Shown piece after piece: positions 12,623-25,135 of a DNA stretch of 64,000 nucleotides (within the stretch, counting starts at the first letter, position 1; each line of letters starts with the position of its first letter). Below the pieces are notes generated by a model. The model worked only from the letters and a program-made list of their open reading frames with translations. It had not been told where the DNA came from and did not search any database. The translations under genes and the position numbers were made by a program. The DNA comes from Neocallimastix sp. 'constans' (Eukaryota): positions 1,426,001-1,490,000 of the forward strand of contig JBODTK010000011.1 of assembly GCA_050613775.1 (NCBI GenBank). Reading direction: 5' to 3'.

Positions 12623-14377
12623 AATGATCCATATTTAACTTTTTTTTTTTTTTTTTTTTTTGAATGATCCATATTTAACTAAGTAAAAAAAAAAAAAATT
12701 TTTTTTTTTTGGTTTCATAAATTTTTGGTAGCATTAAAATAGAAAATTATGTATTATTATAGGATTATCTTCTTCAAGAATTATTATTAAAAATAAAAAT
12801 AATTATATATATATATATATATTATAGTTATATAAATACCAAAAAAAATATAACTTTTACTTTTATATTTTTTTCATAATAAACTTAATCCAAATAATCA
12901 TTTAAAAAAAAAAAAAACAATAATAATAATAATAATAAAAAAATAACAATAATTAAATAATTATATAATAAAAAATAAAATTTTTAAATTTATAAAAGTT
13001 ATGGATATTATTTATTTAAATTTGAAATTTTTTAAATCATTTGATAAAGTTTTATTATAATCTTATTATTTATAATCTTGGAATTCAAGAAGTGATTATT
13101 ATATACATCTTTAATAATAAAACTTTTTATATATTATTTAATATAATAAATATATTTTATTATATACAAAAAAAAATTTTTTTTGTTTTATTAAATACAC
13201 TTAATAAAAATTTTATAATCAAATATTGGACAAGCCAAGTGTGCTAATATTTTTTATTTATTAATTCATTTATTAATTTTTTTTTTTTTTTTTAAAAGAA
13301 AAATTTTTGATTATTAAAATTATAAAATAATTAAATATTAATTATCTATTTTTAATAATAATATTTACATGAAATTTAAAAATATATATAATAAATAAAA
13401 ATAATAATTATTTACAATTTCAAATAGTATGAAATGACATTTCAAATACTACCTACAATTTGATACCTGTTTTATATCAAAAGTAGTCCGAATGGCATAC
13501 AAATTAAATGGGTTAATAACTGCTTATATTAAATTATAGTTATCAGATATTCCAAGTATATTAATGATAATATTTGAATATATATCATGCAGCTGCTGTG
13601 ACTATTAATATATCTAACAATGCTGATGCTTTTTTTTTTTATGTGTAATTTATTTTATCCTATTGGTATAAAAATTCATTTATTAAAAATTGTTAAACTC
13701 AATTTTTATTATATTTTTCATATTTTTAGGTTAATTTGGAAATTTTAATTCAATTTAATTATTAGATTTTTGGTAAATTATGAAATGATTAGTTAGGTTA
13801 TTTTTTTGGGGGGTTCACTTAAAAATTTGAATATTATAATTACTTTAAATTTTTTATTAAATTCATTATTTATTATTAACATAGAAAAAAAAATTTTTCC
13901 AGTTTTTATCCTAGGGGATTGGGACTCAGGAATAACACCTATAAGGTTTCTGAATCCATCCCGTGACTACCTTCTAAATTTATATGAGGGCGATTTTTCA
14001 TCTTCCCAGGGTATTTTTACCCTATAAATGAAATTGGTGTTTGCTCGCCATAGTAATTATTCCTGTTACCAGACTATATAATTGCTGGTGCAGTGAACAC
14101 TTGATCTGTGAGAAGGATTAGTGTAGTAGTTCCTTCCCTAATGATGATTTAAGAGATCATCCGAAAAGAAGACATAATAATCAAATATTATTTTTGTTAT
14201 TTTAATTTTTATTTTTATTTTATTTTTTTTTTATTTTTTTTAATAAAATTAATAAATAATCCATAGAGAGAAAAAATTATTTTATTTTATTTTTTTTTCT
14301 TCCTCAATTTAATTATTTGATTTATTTGATATAACAATAAAAAATAGAAGAAAAAAAAGTTTTTATTTTTTTTTTCT

Positions 14378-14413
<36 letters not shown>

Positions 14414-14783
14414 CTTAAAATACAAATAAAATACAAAGCAAACCAAAACAAAAAATAAATAAATAAATAAATAAATGAAATTATTATTCCGAAAAAAAAA
14501 AAAAAAAAAAAAAAAACTTTAAATTTATTTCTAAGATAAATATTTATTAATTTAAATATTAATTTGAATATAACCGTAAAATTAATGAAATAAATTCTAA
14601 GAATCTAAGAATAATTTAACTATCTATCATACAAAAAAAAATATTGATATAGATATATGTACTTTTTTTTAAAAAATAAAAAAAAAAAAAAAATTTTATA
14701 TTTTAAAAAATTAACCATCATTAATTTTTTATTGATTATAAAATAAAATAGAATAAAATAAAATAGCAATTTTAAAATACTTT

Positions 14784-14831
<48 letters not shown>

Positions 14832-16273
14832 TATGAATGACCAGTATACAGTTAATTGGGTAGGGAATCCTCTAAAATCTAATATAAAGTTGATTGATAT
14901 TCTATAGATAGGGAACATTAAACTCAAGAACTTTATAAAAGAAAAAATTTTTTTTAAATATTTTTTTTTTTAAATGCTTTTTTTTTTTTTTTTCCTTTCA
15001 TTGTAGCTCATCTAAAACTAAAAGTTTCATCGGAAAAAAAAAAAAAAGGAACCTTTACCACAAATTAATGCAGGCTAATATTTAAGATAAATATTCCACA
15101 AAAAAAAAAATTTTTTAACCTTTTTATATAATATTTTTCAAATATTTTTTATATATACTTTTATCAATATCCATTTTATTAACAATTGAAATTCATAAAT
15201 ATATATATATATATATTAATAACATAATATAAGGGAAAAAAAAAAAGTATAAGTGAATTATATTTATATATAAAAAAAATATATATATATATATATATAT
15301 ATCATTTCTTTTAATTAAAAATTTTTATGAATAATCAAATAAATAAAAAAAAAAAAAATTACATATATGTGATTATAGGATTTTAAAATTTGATGAGTCA
15401 TACAAACTAGAAAAAAGTTTTTATATTTTTATAAAAAAAAAAACTTTAATTTCTAATATAAAATTTTTAAAAGATTCTAAGTTTATTTTATTTTTTTATT
15501 TTTTTTTTTTTTTTTTTTAGAAAAAAGTATATATATATATATATATATAATAATAGACAGTTTAAAATGATGAATTGATAAAATTAATAAATATATATAT
15601 ATTCATTAATTTAAAGATCAAATATGTTATTTTAAAAATGTATTAATATTATATAATTTTATTATTATTATTATTATTTATTTTATTTTATTCAATACTT
15701 TTCTTATTTATTCTACTATTTATTTTATATTATTTTATTTTAGTGTTTTTTTTTTTTTTTTTTTTTTTAATAGTTTTAATATTCATTTCTAAAAAAATTA
15801 ATAAATATATATAAAAAAAGAATTGATATTTTAATTAATATTTATTCAAATGAAAATGTAATAATAAAATATTATATGTATATAGTTATGCTTAGGTAAA
15901 TGAATTAAAATTGAAAACGAATTTTTTTTTTTTTTTTGTATTGTATTGTATTCTTAGAATTGTCTTAATATTTAAAATTAATTATTATAATTATTATTTT
16001 ATTGGAAAAATATTGTTGAAGAAGAAATTAAAGATAGTATAAAAAAAAAAAAAAAAAAAAAAAAAACTTGATCAATTTTTTTTTTTTTTTTTAATTTTAT
16101 TTTTTTTCTGTTTTATTTAATATTATTATGTTTTTTATTTTTTTATTTTTTTATTTTTTTATTTTTTTATTTATTTATTTTTTTTGTTTTTATTTATTTT
16201 TTTTGTTTTTATTTATTTTTTTTTTTTTTTTAATATTTTATTGTTAAGGCTTTAAATCTACCTTATTATCTCC

Positions 16274-17356
16274 TTATACAGTTTCATTTCTAACTCTTAA
16301 TTTTTCATTAGAATAGCATTTTTCTATTTCGTCACTATCATTAATAACATTTGTTTTTTCGATAGAACAGATTATATGAGGAGCTAATTTTAGGTTGGCA
16401 ACTCTTGGATTCAGTCCACGGGAAGCTCCTATCAATGCTGAATTTTTTTGATCAACAGAGAATGATTCATTATCCGTGGTTTCATCATAGGTGGACTCAG
16501 TGATAGAATATTTGAAGAGGAGGGCATCTATTGCTAAAATTAATATAAAATTGGACATTAAACACTGGAAAGGAGTAGCCACTGCTGCCGGGATAACATC
16601 TTCTGCTATACCAATATTAGCAAATATATCGAAAATAGAAAGAAAAAATTCAACTACATCCACACAAATTAAAATGGTATAACTTGATTTTTTAACTTGT
16701 TGAGATATGGTATAAGAATTAAAAGAAGTATCGGCGATTTTATTAATATAATAAAGAATCGATAAAGTACAAATTAAATCTGAGATAGCAATGGTACCAA
16801 AAGCAAATCCATGTAGTGAACTAATCTTATCATCAACCAAATAACCTTTCATCATCCGTTCATAGCCAATCCAAAATCTGAAAAAAATAAATGGTAAAAG
16901 TAGAAAAAGGATGACATATTTTAGGATATCACCGGTTTTTGTATTTGCTAAAGTTTTCATCTTAGTCAGATTCAATAAAGGAACCGAATACTGTTGCGTT
17001 GTCCAAAATATTTCATTAATTAAAAAGGTTACCACAATTCCATTATTCTCTTTTTTACTTGGAAGACAGATAAAGGCTATCGTGGCATTCTCCAGGATAC
17101 CAGCAAGAAAGCCAGCCACGGCAGCGAAAAATAAAATTGACCAATATTTTCCATTTCCAGATTTAAAATACATAATGGCCACCAATAAAAATTGAATTAC
17201 ATTAGCATAAAAAAAGGAATCCTGAAATTGACTAGCAAATCCTGGTATAAAATTTTTAATATTTTTATTAAAGCAGGTGCCGGTATTGGGTGAATATTTT
17301 GTAAGAAGATTTTCTTCATTCTGTCTCTTTATATACTGCAGCACTGTATTATTCAT
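16274..17356 (-). CDS. Multi-pass (about 7 TM) membrane protein of unknown function
   Basis: 360-aa ORF with ~7 hydrophobic segments and a hydrophilic C-tail. The ATG is directly preceded by CTGTAG (possible acceptor), with a possible donor AG|GTCAGA at ~17632, suggesting an upstream intron. Confidence 0.8.
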   Translation of the reverse strand: MNNTVLQYIKRQNEENLLTKYSPNTGTCFNKNIKNFIPGFASQFQDSFFYANVIQFLLVAIMYFKSGNGKYWSILFFAAVAGFLAGILENATIAFICLPSKKENNGIVVTFLINEIFWTTQQYSVPLLNLTKMKTLANTKTGDILKYVILFLLLPFIFFRFWIGYERMMKGYLVDDKISSLHGFAFGTIAISDLICTLSILYYINKIADTSFNSYTISQQVKKSSYTILICVDVVEFFLSIFDIFANIGIAEDVIPAAVATPFQCLMSNFILILAIDALLFKYSITESTYDETTDNESFSVDQKNSALIGASRGLNPRVANLKLAPHIICSIEKTNVINDSDEIEKCYSNEKLRVRNETV

Positions 17357-17460
17357 CTACAGGTAATTATTATTATAATATACTGTATATCTATTTTATT
17401 TTTTTTTTTTTTTTTTTTATTTTTTTATTTTTGATTTCTTTAATTGGTTTTTCTTTTTCC

Positions 17461-17533
<73 letters not shown>

Positions 17534-17994
17534 TTCCAATTAAAATTATATATATATATATATATAATATATATATAATTTTTTATTTTAATTATTTTAT
17601 AAATATATACATATATATATATTTAGTCTGACCTTCTTTTTAATTAAAAATTTCAAAACTTTTTTTCTTGTATTTTTTCTTTACTTTATATTGAATATTT
17701 TAAAACTTTTCATTTTCCTTCTTTCTTTCTTTTTTTTTTTTTTTATTGAATATTTTAAAACTTTTAATTTTCTTTCTTTTTTTTTTTTTTTTTTTTTTTA
17801 TTATTGAATATCTTAAAAATTTTTTTTTCTTTTTTATTGAATATTTTAGAACCTTTTTTTTTTCTTCTTTTATAACATATTTTTATTTAAAACTTTTTAT
17901 CTTTTTTCTTTTATATAAAATATTATTAATATATTTTAATTTTTCTAAATCACTTTAATTAAATTGACTATATAGAATATAATAATAATAATAA

Positions 17995-18048
<54 letters not shown>

Positions 18049-18631
18049 TTAAAAAAATATATATATGTATTATTACTTTTTAAAGTATATAAATTAAATT
18101 AATATTATATTATAGGAAAAATATTTTAATTTTAATGCCCAACTTTATTTTTTAAAATAAAAATATAATAAAATTATCTACATAAAAAATATAATTTTTA
18201 AGAAAAGAAAAGAAAAAAAAAAAAAACTTTATCCTTAGAATAAATTTTAATAAATTTTTATAATAGGTATAATATATAAAAGGGAAACAAATTTTCTTTA
18301 TGAATCTTATTTAATCATACGAGAATATACAAGTTTTTTTTTTTTTTTTTTATATTTTTACACATCCTTTTATAAATCATATATAATAAATATATAAATT
18401 AAAAAATATAAATAAAATATATATATATATTTTATTTGTATTTTTTTATCTTTTAAACATAACTATATATATATATATATTATAAATATTATAATAGCAT
18501 ACTTTAAATTTAACCAAATTGATAATAATAATAATGATAATAATAATAATGATAATAATAATAATGATAATAATAATAATGATAATAATAATAATGATAA
18601 TAATAATAATGATAATAATAATAATAATAAA

Positions 18632-18665
<34 letters not shown>

Positions 18666-19269
18666 AGATCAATAGATTTAAAGTCACTTTCTTTTGATCT
18701 ACTTAATAAATATAATAATAATTTAGTCTTTTTAAAGTACTATATATAATAAGGTTAAGTTATCATTGTCAATAAATTTTAAATAAGCTAAATTATATAT
18801 AACATGTGTGAGGTTATATACTTTTAATAATATTATATATTTATACATATATATAAAATTAACAATTATATAACAGAATTTAGGATAAAATAAAAATAAG
18901 GTTTAAAGAAATTTAAAGAACCACTTAATTTTAATTATTTGTAACTTATTTTGAATTAACTTTAAAAAAAAAAAAAAAATAAATAAAAAAAAATAAAGGT
19001 TATTAATAATTTTTTATTATTTAACTAAAATTAATAACTCTTGAATTTTTCTAAAAATATTGAAAATTCAAAAATATCTATATGTAAATTTTATAATTTA
19101 TAATATAATAAAAATGGATGGGGACCTATCTAGATTTTAAAGTCTATTAGAAAAAAATTAGTAGATAAACCAAAGACTAAATAATTAATTTATTAGCAAA
19201 ATCATTTGATCAAAACCACCATTAAATTTATTGGAAATATCAAATGATCATTTCTTTAGTTATTAAATT

Positions 19270-19458
19270 TAATTATAAATTTCCTATAGAAAAATTAAGA
19301 AATCAAAGGAAACTTTGGAGTGCTCTGAAGGAATTAGGAGAAGGCCATGATCTTGATAGAATCCAATTTATTTTTGTTCAAGAAAAACCCCGTTAGTAAA
19401 AACGTTAAAGCCTAGAAGTTCTGTATGGGAAACATAAAATTCACATTTCTCTAATTTA
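19270..19458 (-). pseudogene. Old Ty3/gypsy reverse-transcriptase relic, downstream part
   Basis: Minus strand reads KLEKCEFYVSHTELLGFNVFTNGV..., then after frameshifts SWPSPNSFRALQSFL*FLNF/YRKF. This directly continues the relic that stops at 40937. Confidence 0.85.
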
Positions 19459-20299
19459 TGTTATGGTTCGGGTTTTATTAGAATTTTATTTAATTATTTA
19501 TTTTTAATATTTTTTCTGTCTACATTTTAATTATTGAAAAACTTCACTTATTTATACTTTTTGAAAAAAAAATAAATATGTAAAGCCTTTCTACATTTTA
19601 TTATCATATTTAAAAAAAAATATTTACTATCACTAATTACTTAAAATTTTATATTAATTTAAATTAACTAATTCATAAGTATTTTTATTTTAATAAATTT
19701 TGTTTACATAATTTTATATTATTTTTCATATACTAAAACTAAATTATTTAATATATACGAAAAGTAACAAACAAAATTTAAAAAGATTTTACAGAAAAAT
19801 AAAGTTATTTTAATCAAGAATGTTAATATAATATTCTTATATTTTATATAAAATAAATTTAAAAACTATAATATATTTAATATTTATTATTAATCAATTA
19901 AGATTTGATTTTATTTGTGGGGAATAAAAATATAAAATAATCAATTTAAAAATAAAATAAAATACTAAAAAGAATACAAGTTTAATATTGATACAATATA
20001 ATAATAATATAATAATATATTTGAAAATAAAAATAAAATATTAATATTGATAATAAACACTTTAATAAAATAATAAAATTTAAGGTTAAATTATAGATAT
20101 TGATATTAATAATAAAAATATAAAATTATTGATAATATTTTAGAAACTTTTAATAAAAATATAAAAAAAATAAATATATTTAGAAAATATTTTAGTATAG
20201 AAAATATAGTAAAGTAATATTAAGTAAAGAATAATATAATGGATTCTAAAGTAAGTTGAAATTCTAATTAATAATCCATTATATGTTCGTTCTTTACCA
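19459..20299 (-). mobile_element. Solo LTR (841 bp) of a related Ty3/gypsy family
   Basis: Begins TGTTATGGTTC and ends GTTCGTTCTTTACCA (TG..CA), with TTTA on both sides (19455-19458, 20300-20303). Termini resemble the LTRs of elements 1/2 (TGTTAAGG..ATTCTTATCA) and element 3 (TGGTATGGTTC..GTTCATTCTGTATTA), and the size is similar. Confidence 0.8.
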
Positions 20300-20303
20300 T
20301 TTA

Positions 20304-20625
20304 TGTTAAGGTTTTAGAGAATTAAATAAAAATAAAGTAAGAAACACAAATTTTATTTTTTTATTTATTATTTTTATTTATAAATTTATTTTATTTTATT
20401 TTATTTTATTTTATTTTATTTGATGATATTTAAAAATTAGTAGCAAAATTTACAACTATTTATACTTTTTTTTCAAGGCATAAAAGTTGTTCTTGCCACT
20501 AAATTACATTTTATTATTATTTTTCTTTTTATATATGAAACTATTAAATTTAAATTGATTTTTATAATCAATTATATAAAATTTAATTATAACAATATAA
20601 ATAAAATACATTTATAATATTAATA

Positions 20626-20672
<47 letters not shown>

Positions 20673-21159
20673 CTATCTAAAATATTACTAATAAGAATTT
20701 ATTTAATTGGCTAAAATTTTTATTACAATCTGTTAAAATATTCAAATAAAAATAAAAATACTATTCTAATATAAAGGTTTTTAATAAAATAAAATATTTT
20801 TCAATATAAAATAAAACATTTCGATATAAAATTTTATAATAAAAGTTAAAATATAATATATAAATTTTTAATTATCAATATATAAAAATATTATTAATAC
20901 AAATTTTCATTATTAATATAAAAATAAAAAAATAAGATTTATTATTAATATTGTTAATATAAGTTTTAAATATATAAAAATATTACTATTAATATAAGAT
21001 TTAATATAAAAATTATAAAGTTTAATATAATTTTTGATCTAATTTTTAATCTTTGAATTTAAAAATTTATTAAAGTACAAAAATAATAATGTACACATAA
21101 TGTATTAGAAATAAATCGTAGATTTAATTAAGAATGCATTATTTAGTACATTCTTATCA
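20304..21159 (-). repeat. 3' LTR of element 1
   Basis: TGTTAAG...CTTATCA. Direct repeat of 27481-28336, with no difference seen by eye and the same 38-T tract. Confidence 0.95.
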
Positions 21160-21177
21160 AGATGCCCCGACGAAGAC

Positions 21178-24100
21178 TCAAGCTTCTCTGTAAGCGGAGT
21201 TAAACTTTACTAAATTTTTAAAATGAACATTCCTATCGAGTTGTTTCCCAGTTTTCTGATCGATTAAGGTTGCCGTGTTGAATTGAATTTTTAAAATTTT
21301 AAATGGTCCATTGTAATATGGTTCTAGCTTAGTGCGGCTAAAGTTTCTAACAAGAACAAGATCACCAGCTTTTAATTCTTTTCCTTTTTTCATACTTATT
21401 TGTTCTTCTCGTCTTGTTGCCCAATACTTGTTAGCATTCTTCACATTTTCGCATGCTTCTCTAGTCCATTGATAATGACGAACAAATTTTTCCATTAAAA
21501 TTTCATCATACGATTTACCTGCATTTTCAATTGTTCTTATGGCTATATCATAAGGCTGTTGGTCTTCTCTTCCATATACTAATTCAAAACTAGAATGTCC
21601 GGTAGCTGTGTTTTTGGTAGTTCGAAGTGCCCATAAAGCAGAAGGTAAAACTTCATCCCAATCTTGATTTTTCCTTCCTAATAAACGAAGTAATTTTCCA
21701 ATTTCTTTATTTCGGTTTTCAGTGAGACCATTGGATTCAGGGTGATAGGTAGCTATGAATTTTACATAAACATCATAAAGATCAAGAAAGATTTTAGTCA
21801 TATCAGAAGTGAATTGGACTCCATTATCTGTAGTAATAACTTGAGGCACACCATGTCTTGCAAAAACGTTTATTAAAAATTTAATTATATCAGAGGAAGT
21901 TATGTTTTCAGTGGGTTCGGCTTCAACCCATTTGGTAAAGTAATCAACAGTTACTATAATATATTGATTATTATTTCTTGTTTTTGGTAACGGTCCTATA
22001 ATATCTAATCCTAAATGCACAAAGGGACCCTCCACTTTAGTTGGATGGTTTTCGGTTGGTTCTGGATATGGTTGAGGACGATTTAACTGGCATTTTTCAC
22101 AATTACTAACAATTCTTTTGATATCTTTAATCATATGATTCCAATAAAAGTTTTTCTTAAGTCTTTGATATGTTTTGTAATATCCTTCGTGGCCAATATT
22201 ATGAGCTTCTAAAATTAATTTAAACCTTTCATTTTCGTCCGTTATTAATTTTCTATAATTTCCATTGTCGATAAAATAATCTTCACCATCAATAACAGTA
22301 AACTTTTCATTAATAAATTCCTTTATAACTTTAGATAATAATTCTTCATTATTTCCATTAGTAATTTTTGTTAATAATATCTTTCTCTCTTCCTTACTTT
22401 TCATTCTTGAAAGAGCATCAGCTAACACATTCTTTTTGCCTGATTCATATTTTATATTAATTCCGAGCATACTAGCGGTTAGACACCATCTTGTTTGCCT
22501 TGCATTCAAAGGTTCTTTATTCTTAAATAAACCAACTAATGGTTTATGATCTGTGTAAATAGTTGTAGGTAATGGATTTCCTTCAATATAAGATTTAAAT
22601 TTAGTCATACAGTAAAACAAAGCGGTTCCTTCTAAATCGGTAATACCATAATTCTTTTCAGCTTTCTTTAAACTTCTACTTATAAAGTGTATTGGATGCT
22701 CCTTACCGGTTTCTTCTTCTTTTTGTAAAAGAACTCCACCAATTCCATTATACGAAGCATCAGTTCTAATGATAAAAGGTTTGTCAAATGACGGAAATTT
22801 TAGAATAGGTGCATTGATTAATTTTTCTTTTAGGAGTTCAAAGCTTTCTTGTTGTTCTTTATTCCATTCATATTTGGTATTCTTTTTCAATAATTTACAT
22901 AAAGGTGAGGTAATTTGAGCATATTTAGGAATAAAATCACGATAATATCCCACTGCTCCTAAAAATGATCTTAATTCATGAAGTGATGAAGGGGCTTCCC
23001 ACTTCTTAATAGCTGTTATCTTACTTTCCATGGGACTTAATCCTTTAGTAGTAAGTTTGTGACCTAATACATCAACTTCAGTTTGAAGAAAATGGCACTT
23101 TTCAATATTAATTTTTAACTTGTTTTCTTTAAATACTTCTAATACTTGTTTAATATGAATTAAATGTTCTTCGATACTTTTTGAATAGATCAAAACATCA
23201 TCAATAAATACATAAACAAATTCACCAATAAAAGGGAATAAAATTTTATTCATTTCTCTTTGGAAGGTTGAGGGAGCTCCAGTAAGTCCAAAAGGCATAA
23301 CCTTAAATTGATAATTTCCAAACTTAGTAGTGAAAGTGGTTACTTCAACGCTTTCTTCATCCATTAAGATTTGGTGAAAACCAGAAAATAAATCAAGAGT
23401 TGTAAATATTTTAGATCCTCCGAGACTATCAAAAATTTCATCTATATATGGAACTGAATAAGAATCTTTTTCTGTCATATCATTGACTTTTCGGTAGTCA
23501 ATACACAAGCGCCACTTTCCATTGTGTTTTAGAATGAGTACTACTGGAGATGACCATTCTGAACAGGATGGTTCTATCAATCCTTTCTTAATAAGCTTTG
23601 TAAGTTCTTCTTTTAAGATATCTGATTTTAATTTAGTTAACCTATAACTTCTTAATTTTACTGGCTTTGCATTTGCTTTCAAACGGATCTTATGTGGTGA
23701 AAGTTTAGAAGGAGTTAGTTCTTCTGTTGAAGTGGCAACTATGTCAATCATTTCTTTGAGAATTTTAATAATTTGTTCTTTATAATCTTTATTTAAGGTA
23801 CTTAAAAATTCATCACTCTCAATAAATTCCATTGGAGTTAATTCCTTTATAATTTCCTTTTCATTATTCGTTTCTTTAACTTTTCTAATAGTGCAAATTA
23901 TACTTTCTTCATCATAATATTGATTATTTATTTTAGCTATTTCTTCGTATTCACTTTCTGACAAAAGTTTACATAAACTGTTTAAGGTCGGATGAATAAA
24001 TAAACAATGATCGATTTGAGTTTTAAAGTTTATTAACATATCATAAAATGAGTCTTCTTTCTCAATAATTCTAAAGTCCGCATTAAATTCATAATTATTA

Positions 24101-24993
24101 ATTTTTACTGGTAATCGAACAATAATTCCTTCCGAGTATTCTTCATCTTGTGTTGCTAGTTGGATTCTTCCACGACTTTTTCCAACTGTTTCATATTCAC
24201 CAGGTAATTTATCAAAATACTGCTTAGTAACGATGCTTAGGTTACTACAAGAATCAATTAAAAGTTTTCCTAGTACTCCGTCAACACTTGCATCAACCAT
24301 TGCTAAGTCTTCTTCGGCTACTTCATTACTTTTACTTATGTAGCTATGATCATAGTTATTTACTAATAAAGTTCGTGCTATTACATTGTCTACAGTCCCA
24401 ATTATTTTAGACTTTTCTAACTTTAAACCTTGAGTTAATTGTGAACGAATTTTCGGACATGCATTCAAGAGTTGACCTATCGTAATACTGGATTTAAGAT
24501 TATTTAAATCATCCATAATATTGTAAGGTTCTTTATTATTCATCATTTTAATATTCCTTTTTACTAACTGAGTATTTCCATTATTAGTTTCTTTAGTTTT
24601 TGTTGAAATTAATTTTTCCAAAGTATTAGTTTTATTTTGTTGATTATCTTTATTCATTTCTAGATCTTCTATTTCATTATCGATTACGAGTATATCTTCA
24701 GATTCAACTTTTTCCTTTCCTTTTGATGAATAATTGTTGTTTTCTTCTTTACTTTCTCTTACTCTTGTTATTTTTCTTAATTCCTTTTCTTTTTGTTTTT
24801 CTTTGTTAATATTTGGTTGAGTTAAAATTGAAGGAAGTATTTGATTTTTATAAACTTTATTTGGTTTATTATGTAGCTCATTTTCTTTCTTCTTTCTTAA
24901 AGCAGGAGTTGCGAAAGGACGTGGATTATCTTTTAAACTTTTATGTACTTTCTTGGAATTATTTTCTTCTTTTTCGCTGTTATTATCATTCAT
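21178..24993 (-). CDS. pol: Pol polyprotein (protease, RT, RNase H, integrase), likely expressed as Gag-Pol by -1 frameshift; reading frame is open upstream to the slippery site at ~25188
   Basis: LIDSCS protease motif; WRLCIDYRKVN, MPFGLTGAP and FIDD (RT); TDAS and YTDHKPL (RNase H); HHCC, DDE and GPF motifs (IN). No chromodomain. Confidence 0.97.
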   Translation of the reverse strand: MNDNNSEKEENNSKKVHKSLKDNPRPFATPALRKKKENELHNKPNKVYKNQILPSILTQPNINKEKQKEKELRKITRVRESKEENNNYSSKGKEKVESEDILVIDNEIEDLEMNKDNQQNKTNTLEKLISTKTKETNNGNTQLVKRNIKMMNNKEPYNIMDDLNNLKSSITIGQLLNACPKIRSQLTQGLKLEKSKIIGTVDNVIARTLLVNNYDHSYISKSNEVAEEDLAMVDASVDGVLGKLLIDSCSNLSIVTKQYFDKLPGEYETVGKSRGRIQLATQDEEYSEGIIVRLPVKINNYEFNADFRIIEKEDSFYDMLINFKTQIDHCLFIHPTLNSLCKLLSESEYEEIAKINNQYYDEESIICTIRKVKETNNEKEIIKELTPMEFIESDEFLSTLNKDYKEQIIKILKEMIDIVATSTEELTPSKLSPHKIRLKANAKPVKLRSYRLTKLKSDILKEELTKLIKKGLIEPSCSEWSSPVVLILKHNGKWRLCIDYRKVNDMTEKDSYSVPYIDEIFDSLGGSKIFTTLDLFSGFHQILMDEESVEVTTFTTKFGNYQFKVMPFGLTGAPSTFQREMNKILFPFIGEFVYVFIDDVLIYSKSIEEHLIHIKQVLEVFKENKLKINIEKCHFLQTEVDVLGHKLTTKGLSPMESKITAIKKWEAPSSLHELRSFLGAVGYYRDFIPKYAQITSPLCKLLKKNTKYEWNKEQQESFELLKEKLINAPILKFPSFDKPFIIRTDASYNGIGGVLLQKEEETGKEHPIHFISRSLKKAEKNYGITDLEGTALFYCMTKFKSYIEGNPLPTTIYTDHKPLVGLFKNKEPLNARQTRWCLTASMLGINIKYESGKKNVLADALSRMKSKEERKILLTKITNGNNEELLSKVIKEFINEKFTVIDGEDYFIDNGNYRKLITDENERFKLILEAHNIGHEGYYKTYQRLKKNFYWNHMIKDIKRIVSNCEKCQLNRPQPYPEPTENHPTKVEGPFVHLGLDIIGPLPKTRNNNQYIIVTVDYFTKWVEAEPTENITSSDIIKFLINVFARHGVPQVITTDNGVQFTSDMTKIFLDLYDVYVKFIATYHPESNGLTENRNKEIGKLLRLLGRKNQDWDEVLPSALWALRTTKNTATGHSSFELVYGREDQQPYDIAIRTIENAGKSYDEILMEKFVRHYQWTREACENVKNANKYWATRREEQISMKKGKELKAGDLVLVRNFSRTKLEPYYNGPFKILKIQFNTATLIDQKTGKQLDRNVHFKNLVKFNSAYREA

Positions 24994-25135
24994 TTTTCTT
25001 TTTATAGCATTTATAATGATATCATCCTCACTTTCAGTTGTGTCACTAAAATCAGATTCTTCAGATTCTTCATTAAAGGAATTATTATCAATTGGAGTAT
25101 TCTTAGTAAAAGTATTATTTTGTAAATTATTTAAT

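Noticed and set aside
17431..18687. Short poly-Tyr/Phe/Leu/Ile ORFs (also 8252, 9645, 13041, 40062, 42665, 43535, 54610)
   Set aside because: Translations of microsatellites and homopolymers, mostly with non-ATG starts.
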